A DNA stretch of 64,000 nucleotides. Origin: Mobula hypostoma (lineage: Eukaryota). Of this stretch, positions 13,093 to 25,304 are shown piece by piece. Both the position numbers and the translations under genes were made by a program. The notes beneath the pieces were generated by a model. That model searched no databases, was not told where the DNA came from, and was given only the letters and a program-made list of their open reading frames with translations. The stretch is taken from assembly GCF_963921235.1 (NCBI RefSeq), contig NC_086097.1, positions 237,090,001 through 237,154,000 on the forward strand. Reading direction: 5' to 3'. Numbering within the stretch: the stretch's first letter is position 1; every line of letters starts with the position of its first letter.

Positions 13093-13127
13093 GGTACAGT
13101 GTTAGTCACCCTGTGATAGGAAAGATA

Positions 13128-14145
13128 TACGGAGGTTGGTTACAAGTGGTGTTCCGCAGGGATCTGTTCTGGGACCTCTCCTCTGTGCGTTTTATAAATG
13201 ACCTGGATGAAGAAGTAGAGGATGGGTTAGTAAGTTTGCTGATGATACAAAGGTTGGGGGTGTTGTGGATAGTCTGGAGGGTTGTCAGAGGTTACAGCAG
13301 GACATCGATACGATACAGAACTGGGCTGAGAAGTGGCAGATGGACTTCAACCCAGATAAGTGTGAAATGGTTCATTTTGGTAAGTCCAATTTGAAGACAG
13401 AATATAATATAAATGGTAAGACTCTTGGCAGTGTAGAGGATCTGAGAGATCTTGGGGTCCGTGTCGATAGGATATTCAAAGCTGCTGTGCAGGTTGACAG
13501 TGTTGTTAAGAAGGCATATGGTGTGTTGGCATTCATCGACTGTGGGATTGAGTTCAAGAGCCGTGAGGTAATGTTACAGCTATATAAGACCTTGATCAAA
13601 CCCCACTTGGAGTACTGTGTTCAGTTCTGGTCACCTCACTACAGGAAGGATGTGGATATTACAGAGAGAGTGCAGAGGAGGTTTACAAGGATGTTGCCTG
13701 GATTGGAGAGCATACCTTATGAGAAAACTTTGAGTGTACTTGGCCTTTTCTTCTTGGAGCGACGGAGGATGAGAGGTGACCTGATTGAGGTGCATAAGAT
13801 GATGAGAGCCACTGATCGTGTGGATAGCCAGAGGCTTTTTCCCAGGGCTGAAATAGCTAACATGAGGGGGCATAGATTTAAGGTGCTTGGAAATAGGTAC
13901 CAAGAGGACATCCGGGGTAAGTTTTTCACACAAAGAGTGGTGGGTGTTTGGAATGCACTGCCGGCGGTGGTGGTGTAATAGGGTTCTTTTAAGAGCTTTT
14001 TAGATAGGTATGTGGAGCTTAGAAAAATAGAGGGCTATGCGCTAGGGAAATTCTAGGCAGTCTCTAGAGTGGGCTACATGGTCAGCACAACATTGTGGGC
14101 CGAAGGGCCTGTAATGTGCTGTAAGTTTCTTGTTCTATGTACTAT
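13128..14145 (+). mobile_element. 5'-truncated CR1 LINE (RT C-terminal part plus 3' UTR)
   Basis: GVPQGSVLGP and FADDTK motifs (frameshifted), 237-aa ORF 13265-13978 (WAEKWQMDFNPDKC, RP-like KPHLEYCVQFWSP, RRRMRGDLIEV), tctatgt tail. Nested in an older CR1 relic (~12600-14530). Confidence 0.9.
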
Positions 14146-16011
14146 ATGCTATCAGACTAGAAAAGATTTACCATGATGTTACAAGGCGAGACTAGCATTT
14201 TATTCCCTGAAACTTAGGAAATTGAGGGGTAACCTGACAGAGGTATATAAGATCATGAGTCGTGTAGACATGGTCTTTTTCCTTGGGAGAGGGCGTCAAA
14301 AGGAAGAAGACATTCATTTAACATCAGAGCTGAGACATTTAAAAGGGTTGTCCGGGGCAGCTTCTTCTCACGAAGGGTGGTGTGTATTGGAAAGACTGGT
14401 TGAGGCAGGCACATTAAACAGCTATCTCGATCAATACAGGAGAGGTCCAGAAAGATATGGGTCAAACACAGGCAGATGGGGCTAGCTCACTGGGTAACAG
14501 AGTCAGCATTAATGAAATGGACCAAAGGGCACGTTTCATGCTGTATGACCTGAAGCACTAAAGTCCCCTTCAAACAGCTGAAGATAATTGCAGATGGATA
14601 TTAACAGGAAAAGCATCTACATTTCAACAGTGTGGCATAACATAAAGCGTGCTTTAGTTACATTGCATTAATTACACAGATAAGTAGAAACGCAAGCAGA
14701 TTTTTTTGATCTTGCAGCTTTGGATACATAAAAGCTTTGCCAAGTAACTAATCTCTCCACCATTCTTCCCTCGATTTGAGAAGTACCTGAGCCAAAATAC
14801 TCATGACTGGCTGCTAGCAGCCACTAACTCCTCTGCACCAAACTTACTCTGTAATGCCATTGTCCCATGTCAATACTTTGCCTTAATAGAGGCTGTAAAA
14901 CATCTTCATAAGATGTCATAAATCTGTGGAAATCACATGGCTTTTAAAATAAATTCAGGCCATTGGGAGACATTTTTACTGTTTATGGCCTTGCCTGAAT
15001 AATATTTCCAGTAGAATTCCTCTTTCTCCCAAGTAAAGTATGGAGCACTTGACGCAAACAATGTACTTTTTACTTTGAGCACAACCTTGAAGTAAAGAAG
15101 GTTGAGAAGTGGTTTCAGGAAGATGTACAAGATTATTACAGGCTTAGATACATTGAACAGAATAACACCACTCTCACTTTCAGACGACTTGAAGACAGTG
15201 TTTTCAGATGAAAAGCTATGGGCAAAATACCATAAGACCATAAGACACAGGAGCAGAATTAGGTTATTCAGCCCACTGAGTCTGCTCTGCCATTCCGTTA
15301 TATGCAGGAGGCTGTGAGGGGAAAAACTATTTTACACAGACAACAATTATGATCTGGAATTTGTAGTTTATTTGGGAATTTTAAAATGTAATCAGAAAAA
15401 TGCTTGAAGGAAAATATTTGGGTCATGGGAATGAGACTGAAAAGATGGATCTGCAAGGAGTCAGCTGTAATTCAGTGGACTAAATTGCCTTCTTCTGTTG
15501 TATAACCGTACTGTGATTCTCTATGATTTAGTAACTTTCACTGAAAGGGGTAATCTTTCCTTTAATAAGTGGTCGAATATTACATCCTAGAATTTCACTT
15601 TCTGGATTTACGAACTTTGGCAACATTGCGAAAAGCCCATGCAGAATCTACTAAACGTTTACCAATATTAACAAAAGCTTAACACTCAGAGATATTGCTG
15701 TTTCAAGGACAAATAAAGAGAGGAGATTGATGACTTTCTACCATGTGTTTCAAATTAAATCAAAATTAACCCATGCAGGAAATGATATTCAAAACAGCAT
15801 ACAATACTGTGCAAAAGTCTTAGGTACCCGAGCAATATAAATATGCCCAAGCTACTGGCAATAGGGTAGCATGATATTTAGAACAGAGCTCTTTATTTAG
15901 TGGACCATAAACAAGGATGTAACATAATTAGCCCTAGATAGAGTGGACGTAAGGAGGATGTTTCCTCTAGTGGGTGAGTCTAGAACCAGAGGGCACAGCA
16001 TCAGACTAGAG

Positions 16012-16093
16012 CAGGTGTTCCCAACTATTTTTTTATGGCATGGACCAATGCCAATAAGCAAGGGGTCTGTGGACTGCAAGTTTGCAAACCCTG
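16012..16093. mobile_element. hAT (Charlie-like) MITE
   Basis: CAGG..CCTG termini and perfect 8-bp TSD GACTAGAG (16004-16011, 16094-16101). Interrupts a CR1 3' end. Confidence 0.8.
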
Positions 16094-16696
16094 GACTAGA
16101 GGGTCACCCTTTCAGAACAGAGATGAGGAGGAATTTCTTTAGCGTGAGGGTGGTGAATCTGTGGAATTTATTGCCACAGATGAATGTGGAGGCCAAGTAA
16201 TTGGCTATATTCAAAGCAGAGGTTGATAGGTTCTTGATTAGTCAGGATGTCAAAGCTTATAGGGAGAAGACAGGAGAATAGTGTTGAGAGGGATAATAAA
16301 TAGCCATGATGGAATGGTGGAGCTGACATGATGGGCTGAATGGCCTAATTCTGCTCCTAAAAATATTAAACCAATCAGCCTTACTTAACAAGGTGCACTT
16401 TCAATACACGACAAAAATAGGTTATCCTCCATTCACTTTTTCATGCTGCGGTAATTCTGAAGGCAGATGCAGCTTGGACCACTGTCTCTTCATGGTTTCC
16501 AATGCAACAGAATGGCTGGTTAGTGGTAGACAGATCTCAAACAAGACACAATGGTGCTCAACTGGTCTCCACCTCCTCAGAGCATCTTTTTCTCATTCAC
16601 TTTGTAATTTTCCTCAGGCGGCCCATTTGGAACCTGTTCAGATCTCTTCAATGGAGAGTATGGATTATATCTCTATCCCTAGAATATAGCCTAGAT

Positions 16697-16780
16697 CAGG
16701 GGTTCCCAACCTGGAGTCCATACATAGACCCCTCGGTTAATGGTAGCGGTCCATGGCACAACAAAGATTGGGGACCCCTG
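16697..16780. mobile_element. hAT MITE, same family
   Basis: TIR caggggttcccaa / ttggggacccctg and internal similarity to 38763-38842. Confidence 0.7.
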
Positions 16781-17290
16781 GTTTCGATTATCATTAGACA
16801 CTAACTGAAATCTTAAAAGCCTGATCCTACTACAAAATACCCAGTAGATTATAAATTCTTTCAATTAATTTAAAACCCAGTTATTACTTTACATGAAATC
16901 AGACATTATATTGAAAGCATCAAACCAGAAAGAAAAGAACTAAACTGTGATATGAATTGCTATTAAATTATAATTTAAAACAGGCTTTACTTCAGAATAA
17001 TTAACATGGTTGTTTCACAGGAATTAATGAAACGTTGCTGTTAGTGGTGAAACCTCACCAGTTAATTGCTTTCCACTGTGGTCAGTGATGAAGTGAAATG
17101 CTTACTAGTTCATTAGTAGCTCACGGGCTACAACTGGAACGATGGAGGACAGGCTGAGAAGTAATTTGACAGAAGCATTAAAACAAGAGTGGAACCAGAG
17201 ATCTCAACTCGAAGAAAACCAAAAATGTTAGGTGTACCTGCCATATCTTAAAGGGATAACAGATAAAGATGATGTATTGGATAGGTTTAC

Positions 17291-17479
17291 CTTGGCAAGC
17301 AGGGACAGGCATGTTCCAAGTGTAAAATCCGTATGGTGATTTCCTGCATATGGCAGTGCTGTTCCCGATAAGCCTATAACCTGGTTCACATGCCCACCGA
17401 ACAATACTGTTGAGCTGCCCTCCTGTTTGGCTGAGTATGATTCCATGGGGGGGTGACTCTGGGGTACTGCAGTAAAAAG
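17291..17479 (-). CDS. CSMD3: CSMD3-like coding exon (Sushi domain)
   Basis: (A)[62 protein letters not shown]. Acceptor TTTTACCAG, donor GTAAAC, 189 nt. Confidence 0.94.
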
Positions 17480-17581
17480 CTGGTAAAAGCAAAGAGCAAA
17501 ATGTGTTTTATTCCAATCCAGCTTGTACTTACGATTTGGAGGAATTATAAAACTGGACAGTATTCGATATCGGTGACTCAC

Positions 17582-17728
17582 CAACATAACGGATGCGGAA
17601 GCCTTTTTTGTTGGTGCCGTGATCAGCAGACCAGCGGAGAAAAAGCTGATGGCCACTACTAGTGACGTTGAAAGGGGAAGAGTAATCCCCGCTGAAGGAA
17701 TTCAGCAATGGGCTGTGGCTGTTTGGAC
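17582..17728 (-). CDS. CSMD3: CSMD3-like coding exon (second half of the CUB domain)
   Basis: Translated by hand because it is not in the ORF track: (G)PNSHSPLLNSFSGDYSSPFNVTSSGHQLFLRWSADHGTNKKGFRIRYV. Acceptor TTTCTACTAAG, donor GTGAGT, 147 nt. Confidence 0.92.
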
Positions 17729-18231
17729 CTTAGTAGAAATAGACAATTAGCATGCCAACCTGAATCAACAATTAAAAGTAACAATACACACTAGTGAAGA
17801 ATAACCGAGAGTACAAAGTGATGCACTCTTAAATACTGATGAAAGTAGGATGCAATTACAAAGCAGAATGATAAATCAAATGTTTAGTAATATGCTATGA
17901 TCAATAGGTTCACACATCAAACATCTACTTTAGATCATGCAGCTTGTAACAAGTTTTGTATAATAAATAATTGAAGAGCTTCAATATAATTTACCACAAA
18001 TTATTCAACTGAACATTCAAATTTTTTATATAACCTACACGTTGTAATGATATTGCATTAAAATTTTGATGAGACGTTTTGCCACAAATTAACTGAAGCA
18101 AATACATGTGAATAGACATCAATTTAATCAAATTTGCAAATTTTGTTTCTACAGGCCTATTATTCAATATTTTAGTCAAAGACCCTTATTATGTGTTTTG
18201 CTGCTGCCTCAAAGTTAACAAATTTTATGGT

Positions 18232-18905
18232 AGACACAAAATGCTGGTGGAATGCAACATGCCAGGCAGCATCTATAGGGCAGTCAACGTTTTGGGGCAA
18301 GACGCTTCGTCAGGGCTAGTGGATAAAAGAGGTAGGAAGAGATTTGAAAGTGGGAGGGGAAGGGTGAGACCCGAAATGATAAGAGAAGACAGGAGGGGGA
18401 GGGATGAAGTCAAGAGCTGGGAAGTTGAATGGTAAAAGGGAAGCAAGGCTGGAGAAGGGGGAGTATCATGAGATGGAAGGCCTTGGAAGAAAGAAAGGGG
18501 GAGGGGAGCACCAGAGGGAGATGGAGAACAGGCAAGGAGTTATTGTGAAAGGGAAAGAGAGAAACAAAAATAATAATAAATAATAAGAAATAATAAGTTA
18601 GGGATGGGGTACAAAGGGGAGGAGGGGCATTAACGGCCATGATACTCCCCCCTTCTCCAGCCTTGTATTCCTTTTGCCAATCAACTTGCCAGCTCTTGGC
18701 TTCATCCCTCCCTCTCCTGTCTCTCCTATTATTTCGGGTCTCCCCCTTCCCCTCCCACTTTCAAATCTCTTACTATCTCTTTTCTCCGTTAGTCCTGACA
18801 AAGGGTCTCGACCCAAAACATTGATTGTACCTCTTCCTATAGATGCTGTTCCACCAGCATTTTGTGTGTGTTGCTTGAATTTCCAGCATCTGCAGATTTT
18901 CATGA
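18232..18905. mobile_element. Inverted pair of PLE 3' ends
   Basis: 18232-18632 (minus) and 18637-18905 (plus) are mutual reverse complements over ~230 bp. Both hammerheads are decayed. Confidence 0.8.
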
Positions 18906-19235
18906 TATATGCCGACAGCATAATTATGCCTAATTTTTCTAGACTTTTCTAACTATTCAAATATGCCTCTTAATATCTTGAAAAATTTATTTAAGTTATT
19001 GTATAGTTTTCTAAATTTCAGAAATACTACTCTAATTTATCAATGTATGCATTCTACTAGACTTCCTAGTCATTTTGCATACTTTCCGTGGACTACTGAG
19101 AGAATAAACAGTCCTTTTTTATGCTTTTCTATGTCACAGGAGGAAATTTGGCCATCAAGTCCATGCTAGTTCAAGGGCAACTTCATCCATTCCATTCACC
19201 CATTCATTTCTCTACAACATGTTCTGACGTAAAAA

Positions 19236-20225
19236 TATAAGAACTAGAGCAGGAGCTGGCCATCTAGCCTGTCAAGCCTGTTTCATCATTCAATAAGATC
19301 ATGGCTGATCTGACCATGGACTCATCTCCACCTACCTGCCTTTTACCCATAATGGTGGAGCAGGCTCGGTAGGCTGAATGGCGTAAGTTTGCTCCTATGT
19401 CTTATGGTCTTAATTCCCCTGCAATGCAATAATCTATCTAACTGTGCTGGCTTTGGCCTGTCTTGTCATATGCCTCCAGATACTCCATAATCTCATCCCT
19501 AACAATCGTTTCCAACAACTTCTCAATCACTAATGTCAAGCTAACAGGTCTATAGTTTCCTTTCTGCTGCCTCCCACCCTTCTTAAATAGTGGAGTAACA
19601 TTTGCAATTTTCCAGTCACCTGGTACAATGCCAGAATCTATCGATTCTTGAAAGATCATTGTTACTGCCTCCGCAATCTCTCCAGCTACTTCCTTCAGAA
19701 CCCAAGCATGCATTCCATCAGGTCCAAGAGATTTATCCACCCTCAGACCATTAAGCTTCCTGAGCACCTTCTCATTCGTAATTTTCACTGCACATGCTTC
19801 ACTTCCCTGACACTCTTGAGAGTCCAGTATACTGCAGATGTCTTCCACTGTGAAGATTGATGCAAAAATGCATTTATTTCCTCTGCTACCTCTGCATCTC
19901 TCATTACAATATCTCCAGCATCATTTTCTATTGGTCCTATATCTACCCTCAACTCTCTTTTTCCTTTAATATACTTAAAAAAGCTTTTGGTATCTTCTTT
20001 GATATTAGTTGCCAGCTTCTTTTCATAATTCATTTTTTTTCCCTAATGACCTTCTTAATTTCTTTCTGCAAGTTTTTAAAAGCTTCCAAATCCTCTATCT
20101 TTCCACTAGCTTTGGCTTCCTTGTAGGCCCTCTCTTTTGCTTTAACTTTGGCTCTGACTTCACTTGCCCTTCTTCCTTTTGAAAATTTCTTCATGTTTCG
20201 AATACGTCTGTCTTGCACTTCCTTG
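19236..20225 (-). mobile_element. CR1 LINE fragment (EN-RT linker and RT N-terminus, joined to a 3' tail)
   Basis: DKSLGPDGMH..VLKE..DWKIANVTPLFKKGGRQQKGNYRPVSLT..SQH and NIKEDTKSFFKYIKGKR. Confidence 0.85.
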
Positions 20226-22149
20226 GCTTGGCAGAACAACAAACAACAAAACAGCAGCAGTGTCTCGGCTTGAAACGCCAAATGCTTATTCCCATTCATA
20301 GATGCTGCCTGACCTGCTGAGCTCCTCCAGTACATTATGCACATTGCTCTAAATTTCCAGCATCTGCAATACTTTTTGTGTCTAAAACAGCAAAATAAGC
20401 CTCAGTTCTCCCTCCTGTCCAACCACCCACATACATAGGCAGTCCTCCAACCCCAAGAGAGGCTTTCTTCAGTTTCCAGCCTCCAGTGGACTCGAACTCT
20501 CAGACACTGGCTGTTTGACTTCCCCAGTGGACTCACAGAGTTTTGCAGACTAGAGGCTTCAGCCATCAGGACTCGACTTACAGACTTCTGATCGACCTTC
20601 CATCTTTGGTATCAATCCTGGGACTCGCTAATGACGACGGATAAGAATCCCAAACATTTGGCCAAAAATTTTCGACATGCAAATGAGAGGGCCCTGAGCA
20701 CTAGGCCTTGAACTCCAGTCCCGTTGACCCATGGACTAAGGGGCTGCTAGCCCTCATTCCTCTTGCCAACATGGAACTCTGTTCTGAGAACCCACCAACA
20801 ACCTGCTGGCCCCTGAGGGGTGGGGAGGGGCAAGCATCATCTTTTCAATGTTTTTGCTGTGTCACAACCGTCTGCAGTTTTTGCTAAATTCTGCTGCATG
20901 CCATTCACAAGAACGATGCCCTTATCATGAGAAGGTAGGTTATGGTGGGAAGGCAGCTGTATGGGGGTGAGTGGGATCCGGGATCAGCCATGATGGAATG
21001 GTGGATTAGACTCGATGGGCTGGATGGCTTAATTCTGCTTCTATGGCTTATGATCTTATGACCATTAAAGGCTTGCAAGAACTAAAAAATTCTTGAGTGT
21101 ATTAACTCTCACTTGTAGAAGTCAGCTTGTTATAGTTAGGATGAAAAGAAAGGGAGAGACATACCGTGAATTTATGACAAAGTTAAGAATTTTATAGAAA
21201 TGACTATTTATGAATTGTCTAAATAATCTTGATGAGAAATTGATTTTGAGAAAATCCTGTTATTTTTTTTCTCAACGGGGGTTGTCTCAAGAGACACTGC
21301 AAGTTCTATCAAGTGCATGACTTGTTCTCCTGTAATCTGAAATAACAAGTTTCATGAACGCTCCTATTTAATGCTTGAAGTACTCCTCAAAAGGAAGTGT
21401 ACAATGCAAGTTGCATTGTCAACAAAGCCAAAAATATTCACTGATGCACAGAGTCAGTCTATTTGGTTATGTATTCAATAAGCAAAAATGACCTTCTCTC
21501 CATGCATGTTTGTTGCAATTAGCATTTAAATTGCATTATATTTTTCTGCCTGAAGATACTCTACCTCTCTGTGTCAAAATGGCTTTGTTGCAAATAAGTT
21601 TTGCTCAATGCCATCTGAGATGTTTTTAAAATGTCTGAGTTTATTCTACTTCTTTGGATAAAAGAAAAAAGCCCCTTTAAATAATTCAGCATCCTGGAAT
21701 GTTACAAATCATTCTTCGGATACATAATTAAAAAAGCAATAACTTGCAAATTATCAAAAGGTCTATTACAATTGAAGGTGAAGAAAGGTTGTTTGATCTT
21801 TCAGATCTTAATATGAATCGGAATTTGAGGACACCACTGGATTACAACAGCTCCTTTCGGTCTGTGACCTAATGGTCAAGATCTACTTCTGACGTGCAAC
21901 TTCCAATAGTATTTTAGGTCTTTTGTCTTGTTCTTCAGTGAATGTACAAAAGTATACTAGGGAGGGGATTGCTATCATGGGTCTCAGCCTGAAACATCGA
22001 CTGTTTACTCTTTTCCATAGATGCTGCCTGGCCTGCTGAGCTCCTTCAGCATTGTGTGTGTGTTAGAGTAGGATTTTAGTACATACTCTTGTGCTTGCAT
22101 TGTAATTAACAGGTAACAGAACAGTGAATAAGTGGTATTCAGTTATTTG

Positions 22150-23300
22150 TCTCTTGTGCTTTTACTAGGTGAGCCGATAAGTGAAGATGGGCTCTTCTTG
22201 GCTAATGGAGAACAAGACAGAAAACCTGGGAACAGGAGTGTTGTTGGAGTCAGATATAAGGGACTGCTCTATAGATATGAGACATGCTTCAGCACCCCCA
22301 ACTCTCCAGACACCCTGCTTCAGTCTGAGGTCACAAAAAGGAAGGGTGATAAACTTCAAGATAAACTCGTCATGGTACTCAGATGTGACAGCCCTGTCTC
22401 ATTCCTGGTTTCTGGGTTTGCAACATCTGGCGATTAAGTGCCAACTGCTCTGCTGACTAGGAAAGTTCTCTGGTGTCATCTTGACTGCAGCATACATCCC
22501 TCCTCAGAGGGAAATCAAAATAACACTTGGGGGATTGAGAGCGATGTTCAACAAACACAAAACAACATACCTGGTGCCTTCCTTGTCATCTCTGGGGACT
22601 TCAGCCAGGCAAATCTGAAACATTTCTGCCGAACTATTATCAATGTGTCAACTTCAATACCAGTCAACCAAGCACACTTGAGCACCATCAAGAATGTCGA
22701 CTGTTCCATCCCTCGCCCACACTTTGGGATATCTAACCACCTGGCTGTACTTTTTTCTTCCTGTGTACAGGCAGAGACTGAAAAGTGTGGCCCATGAAGA
22801 CTTAGCCAATGGAGGCAGTGAAACAAACACTGTGGTATAGACATGAAATGTGGCTCACCCACAACTTTCTGGACATGGCACTCCAGTCTATCAGTGCTTC
22901 AACTCCATGGACTGGGCCTTGTTCAAGGATTTGTTAGTGCACCTGAATGAATATGCCACAATCACTAGTGACTTCATAAAAAACTGAATGGAGAATAGTA
23001 GGATCTTCAAAAAAACTCCACGTCTTCCCCAACCAGAAGCCCTAGCTGAATTAGAAGATTCATAATCTACCGATCTGTGATACTCATGACTGGTGACACT
23101 GTACAAGAGTCCTACAGTACAAGAGGTTCAGGTATTAACTCCAGATGGCCATCATGAACTTGAAGATACAATTGCAACCTAAAGTACTCGATAGTGCTGG
23201 TAAGCTTTGTACACTATCACATTCAACAAAGTAAGAACAGGCAGCACAGGGGCAAATTCCAGATGAGGCTGATGCCTTTTCTGTCTGCTTTGAGAGGAAG
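22150..23300 (+). mobile_element. Rex1/Babar-like LINE relic (AP endonuclease region)
   Basis: GDFSQANLK and PRPHFGISNHLAVL remnants, heavily degraded. Confidence 0.6.
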
Positions 23301-23703
23301 AACACAATAGGGTGATTATTTGTGATGAATGCATGAAGGATTATCCTCTGCTGGCGGTACTATTTTCTTCCATTCAATTTCACTGACATCGATGAAACCA
23401 AACACGCAGGGGAAAAAATGCAACAGACAACAAATATTATCATGTGCATTTACCCTTTGAACAGGACACTCAGGAGATCAAAAAGTTAAAAGGTTCTTAG
23501 ACAGGCAAAACAAGCAGTAGGAGACAGAAGCGGGGAACAGGTAAGTCGATCAGGAAAATTGACCCCATCGCAGAGGAGTTAACTCAATACGAAGCACACT
23601 GTTGGAAAACAAAGCAAAACCTGGCGAATACATGGACAAATGAAAGACTTTCACGAATCGATGTTAACTCCTCACTGAGGCAGGGGCTAGTATTATAGAT
23701 ATA

Positions 23704-24135
23704 CGAGGGGTGATTGATAAGTTTGTGGCCTAAGGTAGAAGGAGATCAGTTATACAGCTCTTGTTACATGCACATGAGGTTCAACTCTTTGAGTGATTAT
23801 GCAGAAAGTTTGAAGTTAATAACTCATCAGGGGTGATTGATAAGTTTGTGGTCTAAGGTAGAAGGCGATGAGTTATTAACTTCCAACTTTCTGCATAATC
23901 ACTCAAAGAGTTGAACTGCATGTGCATGTAATGAGAGCTGTATAACTTATCTCTTCTACCTTAGGCCACAAACATATTAATCATCACTGCTGTGGACACT
24001 TTCTGGAGGTCCAAGATCCGTATGCCCCACGACCGCTGGACTAAGTGTGTAAATGTTGGAGGGGACTATGTTGAAAAATAAACGTGCTAGGTTTTCTAAA
24101 ATTGACTCCTTCTACCTTGGGCCCACGTAGATCAA
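23704..24135 (+). mobile_element. mariner-derived non-autonomous element with internal inverted duplication
   Basis: TA-CGAGGGGTGATTGATAAGTTTGTGGCCTAAGG terminus. Transposase C-terminus RWTKCVNVGGDYVEK* at 24034-24081. Confidence 0.8.
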
Positions 24136-25304
24136 TGTTCAAAGTGCAAAGTGAATTTATTAAAAAAATGCGCATAACATCACCATATTTTCTTGTGGGC
24201 ACTCATAGTAAATACAAAGACACAACAGAATCAATGAAAAAATGAACACAGCAAAGACAGACAAATGATAACATGCAAAATACAACAAACTGTACAAATA
24301 CAAAAAAAATTACGATAATAAATAAATATTGAGAACATGAGTGTAGAGTCCCTGAAAATGTGTCTATAGGTTGTGGAATCATTGTTGAGTGTTGGAATGT
24401 TAGTACAGTGCTGGGATGAATGAAGCTGAATGAAGACAGCCCCTCTGGCGATAACCACAAAGAATCTCTCAGTATCAATTTGATATCCGTGTATTTAATA
24501 TTCTCTATATTTGGAACTTGGCTAGATCTGACAATTTCAAATTCATAGGGAAGGAACAATTTTTTTTGCTGAAATGTAGCTCACAATCTTTAATAATAGC
24601 AATAATTTTGATAAAATACCTAGTTTGTTAATGTATCAAACTCGTATTGAAGTCCCATATACATCTGCACAAAATCAAGCGCCTAGTGAATTAACTACTT
24701 ACACAGGCTAAAAATAAAGCAGAGTAAGATTACCACAATGCACATTCAAGGGAAATCTTACTGAAATATGCTTTACTTTTAAATCACATGTGAACTCTGT
24801 TCTTCCAATGCATTTCAAATTACAAACAAAAACATTAATATTGAAACAGCTCATATAGTTTGTCATCATTCTCTTATAAATAAGCAAAAGTAATAGGTTT
24901 CTATTGATATCAAACCCAAGATTATTAGAATCCTATTCAATTTCAGCTCTGCCATGTCTCCATGGGTAAAAATTTCACATTATCCCAAAAGATATAAAAT
25001 ACTAAATTTTCATTTATCCGTGCTTACTAAAGGCCCATTGTATAATGTAGCCTTAGCTTAAATCAGTACCATTTTCAAACATGAGTCAGTATTTTCAATT
25101 TATTTGAATTATAGGGTCTTACAGAAATGGCCATACTGAAATTGGTGTAAGGAAAAATATATTACATGGAAAGAATTCACAATTAACACAAGTAAAACCA
25201 CTGCAGAGTATAAGAACTACGAACATGATAGAAAATGCAGGTAAGAGTAGAAGAGAAAGTACAGAACAACACTGCTTAGAGAGTACAATCTTGGGGGATC
25301 GTCC

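Noticed and set aside
12511..13394. Two ORFs (12511-12876 minus, 12897-13394 plus) sharing an identical peptide
   Set aside because: Artefact of the 175-bp inverted repeat. There are no domain features.
17527..17532. Consensus GTAAGT donor inside the 102-nt intron
   Set aside because: Its use would add 49 nt (frameshift) and leave a 53-nt intron, too short to be plausible.
25291..25304. TGGGGGATCGTCC resembling a tRNA-Pro primer-binding site next to the LTR
   Set aside because: It lies 5' of the LTR rather than 3', and it reads through the TSD as CR1 endonuclease coding relic (LGGSSSQVI.LE), so the resemblance is coincidental.
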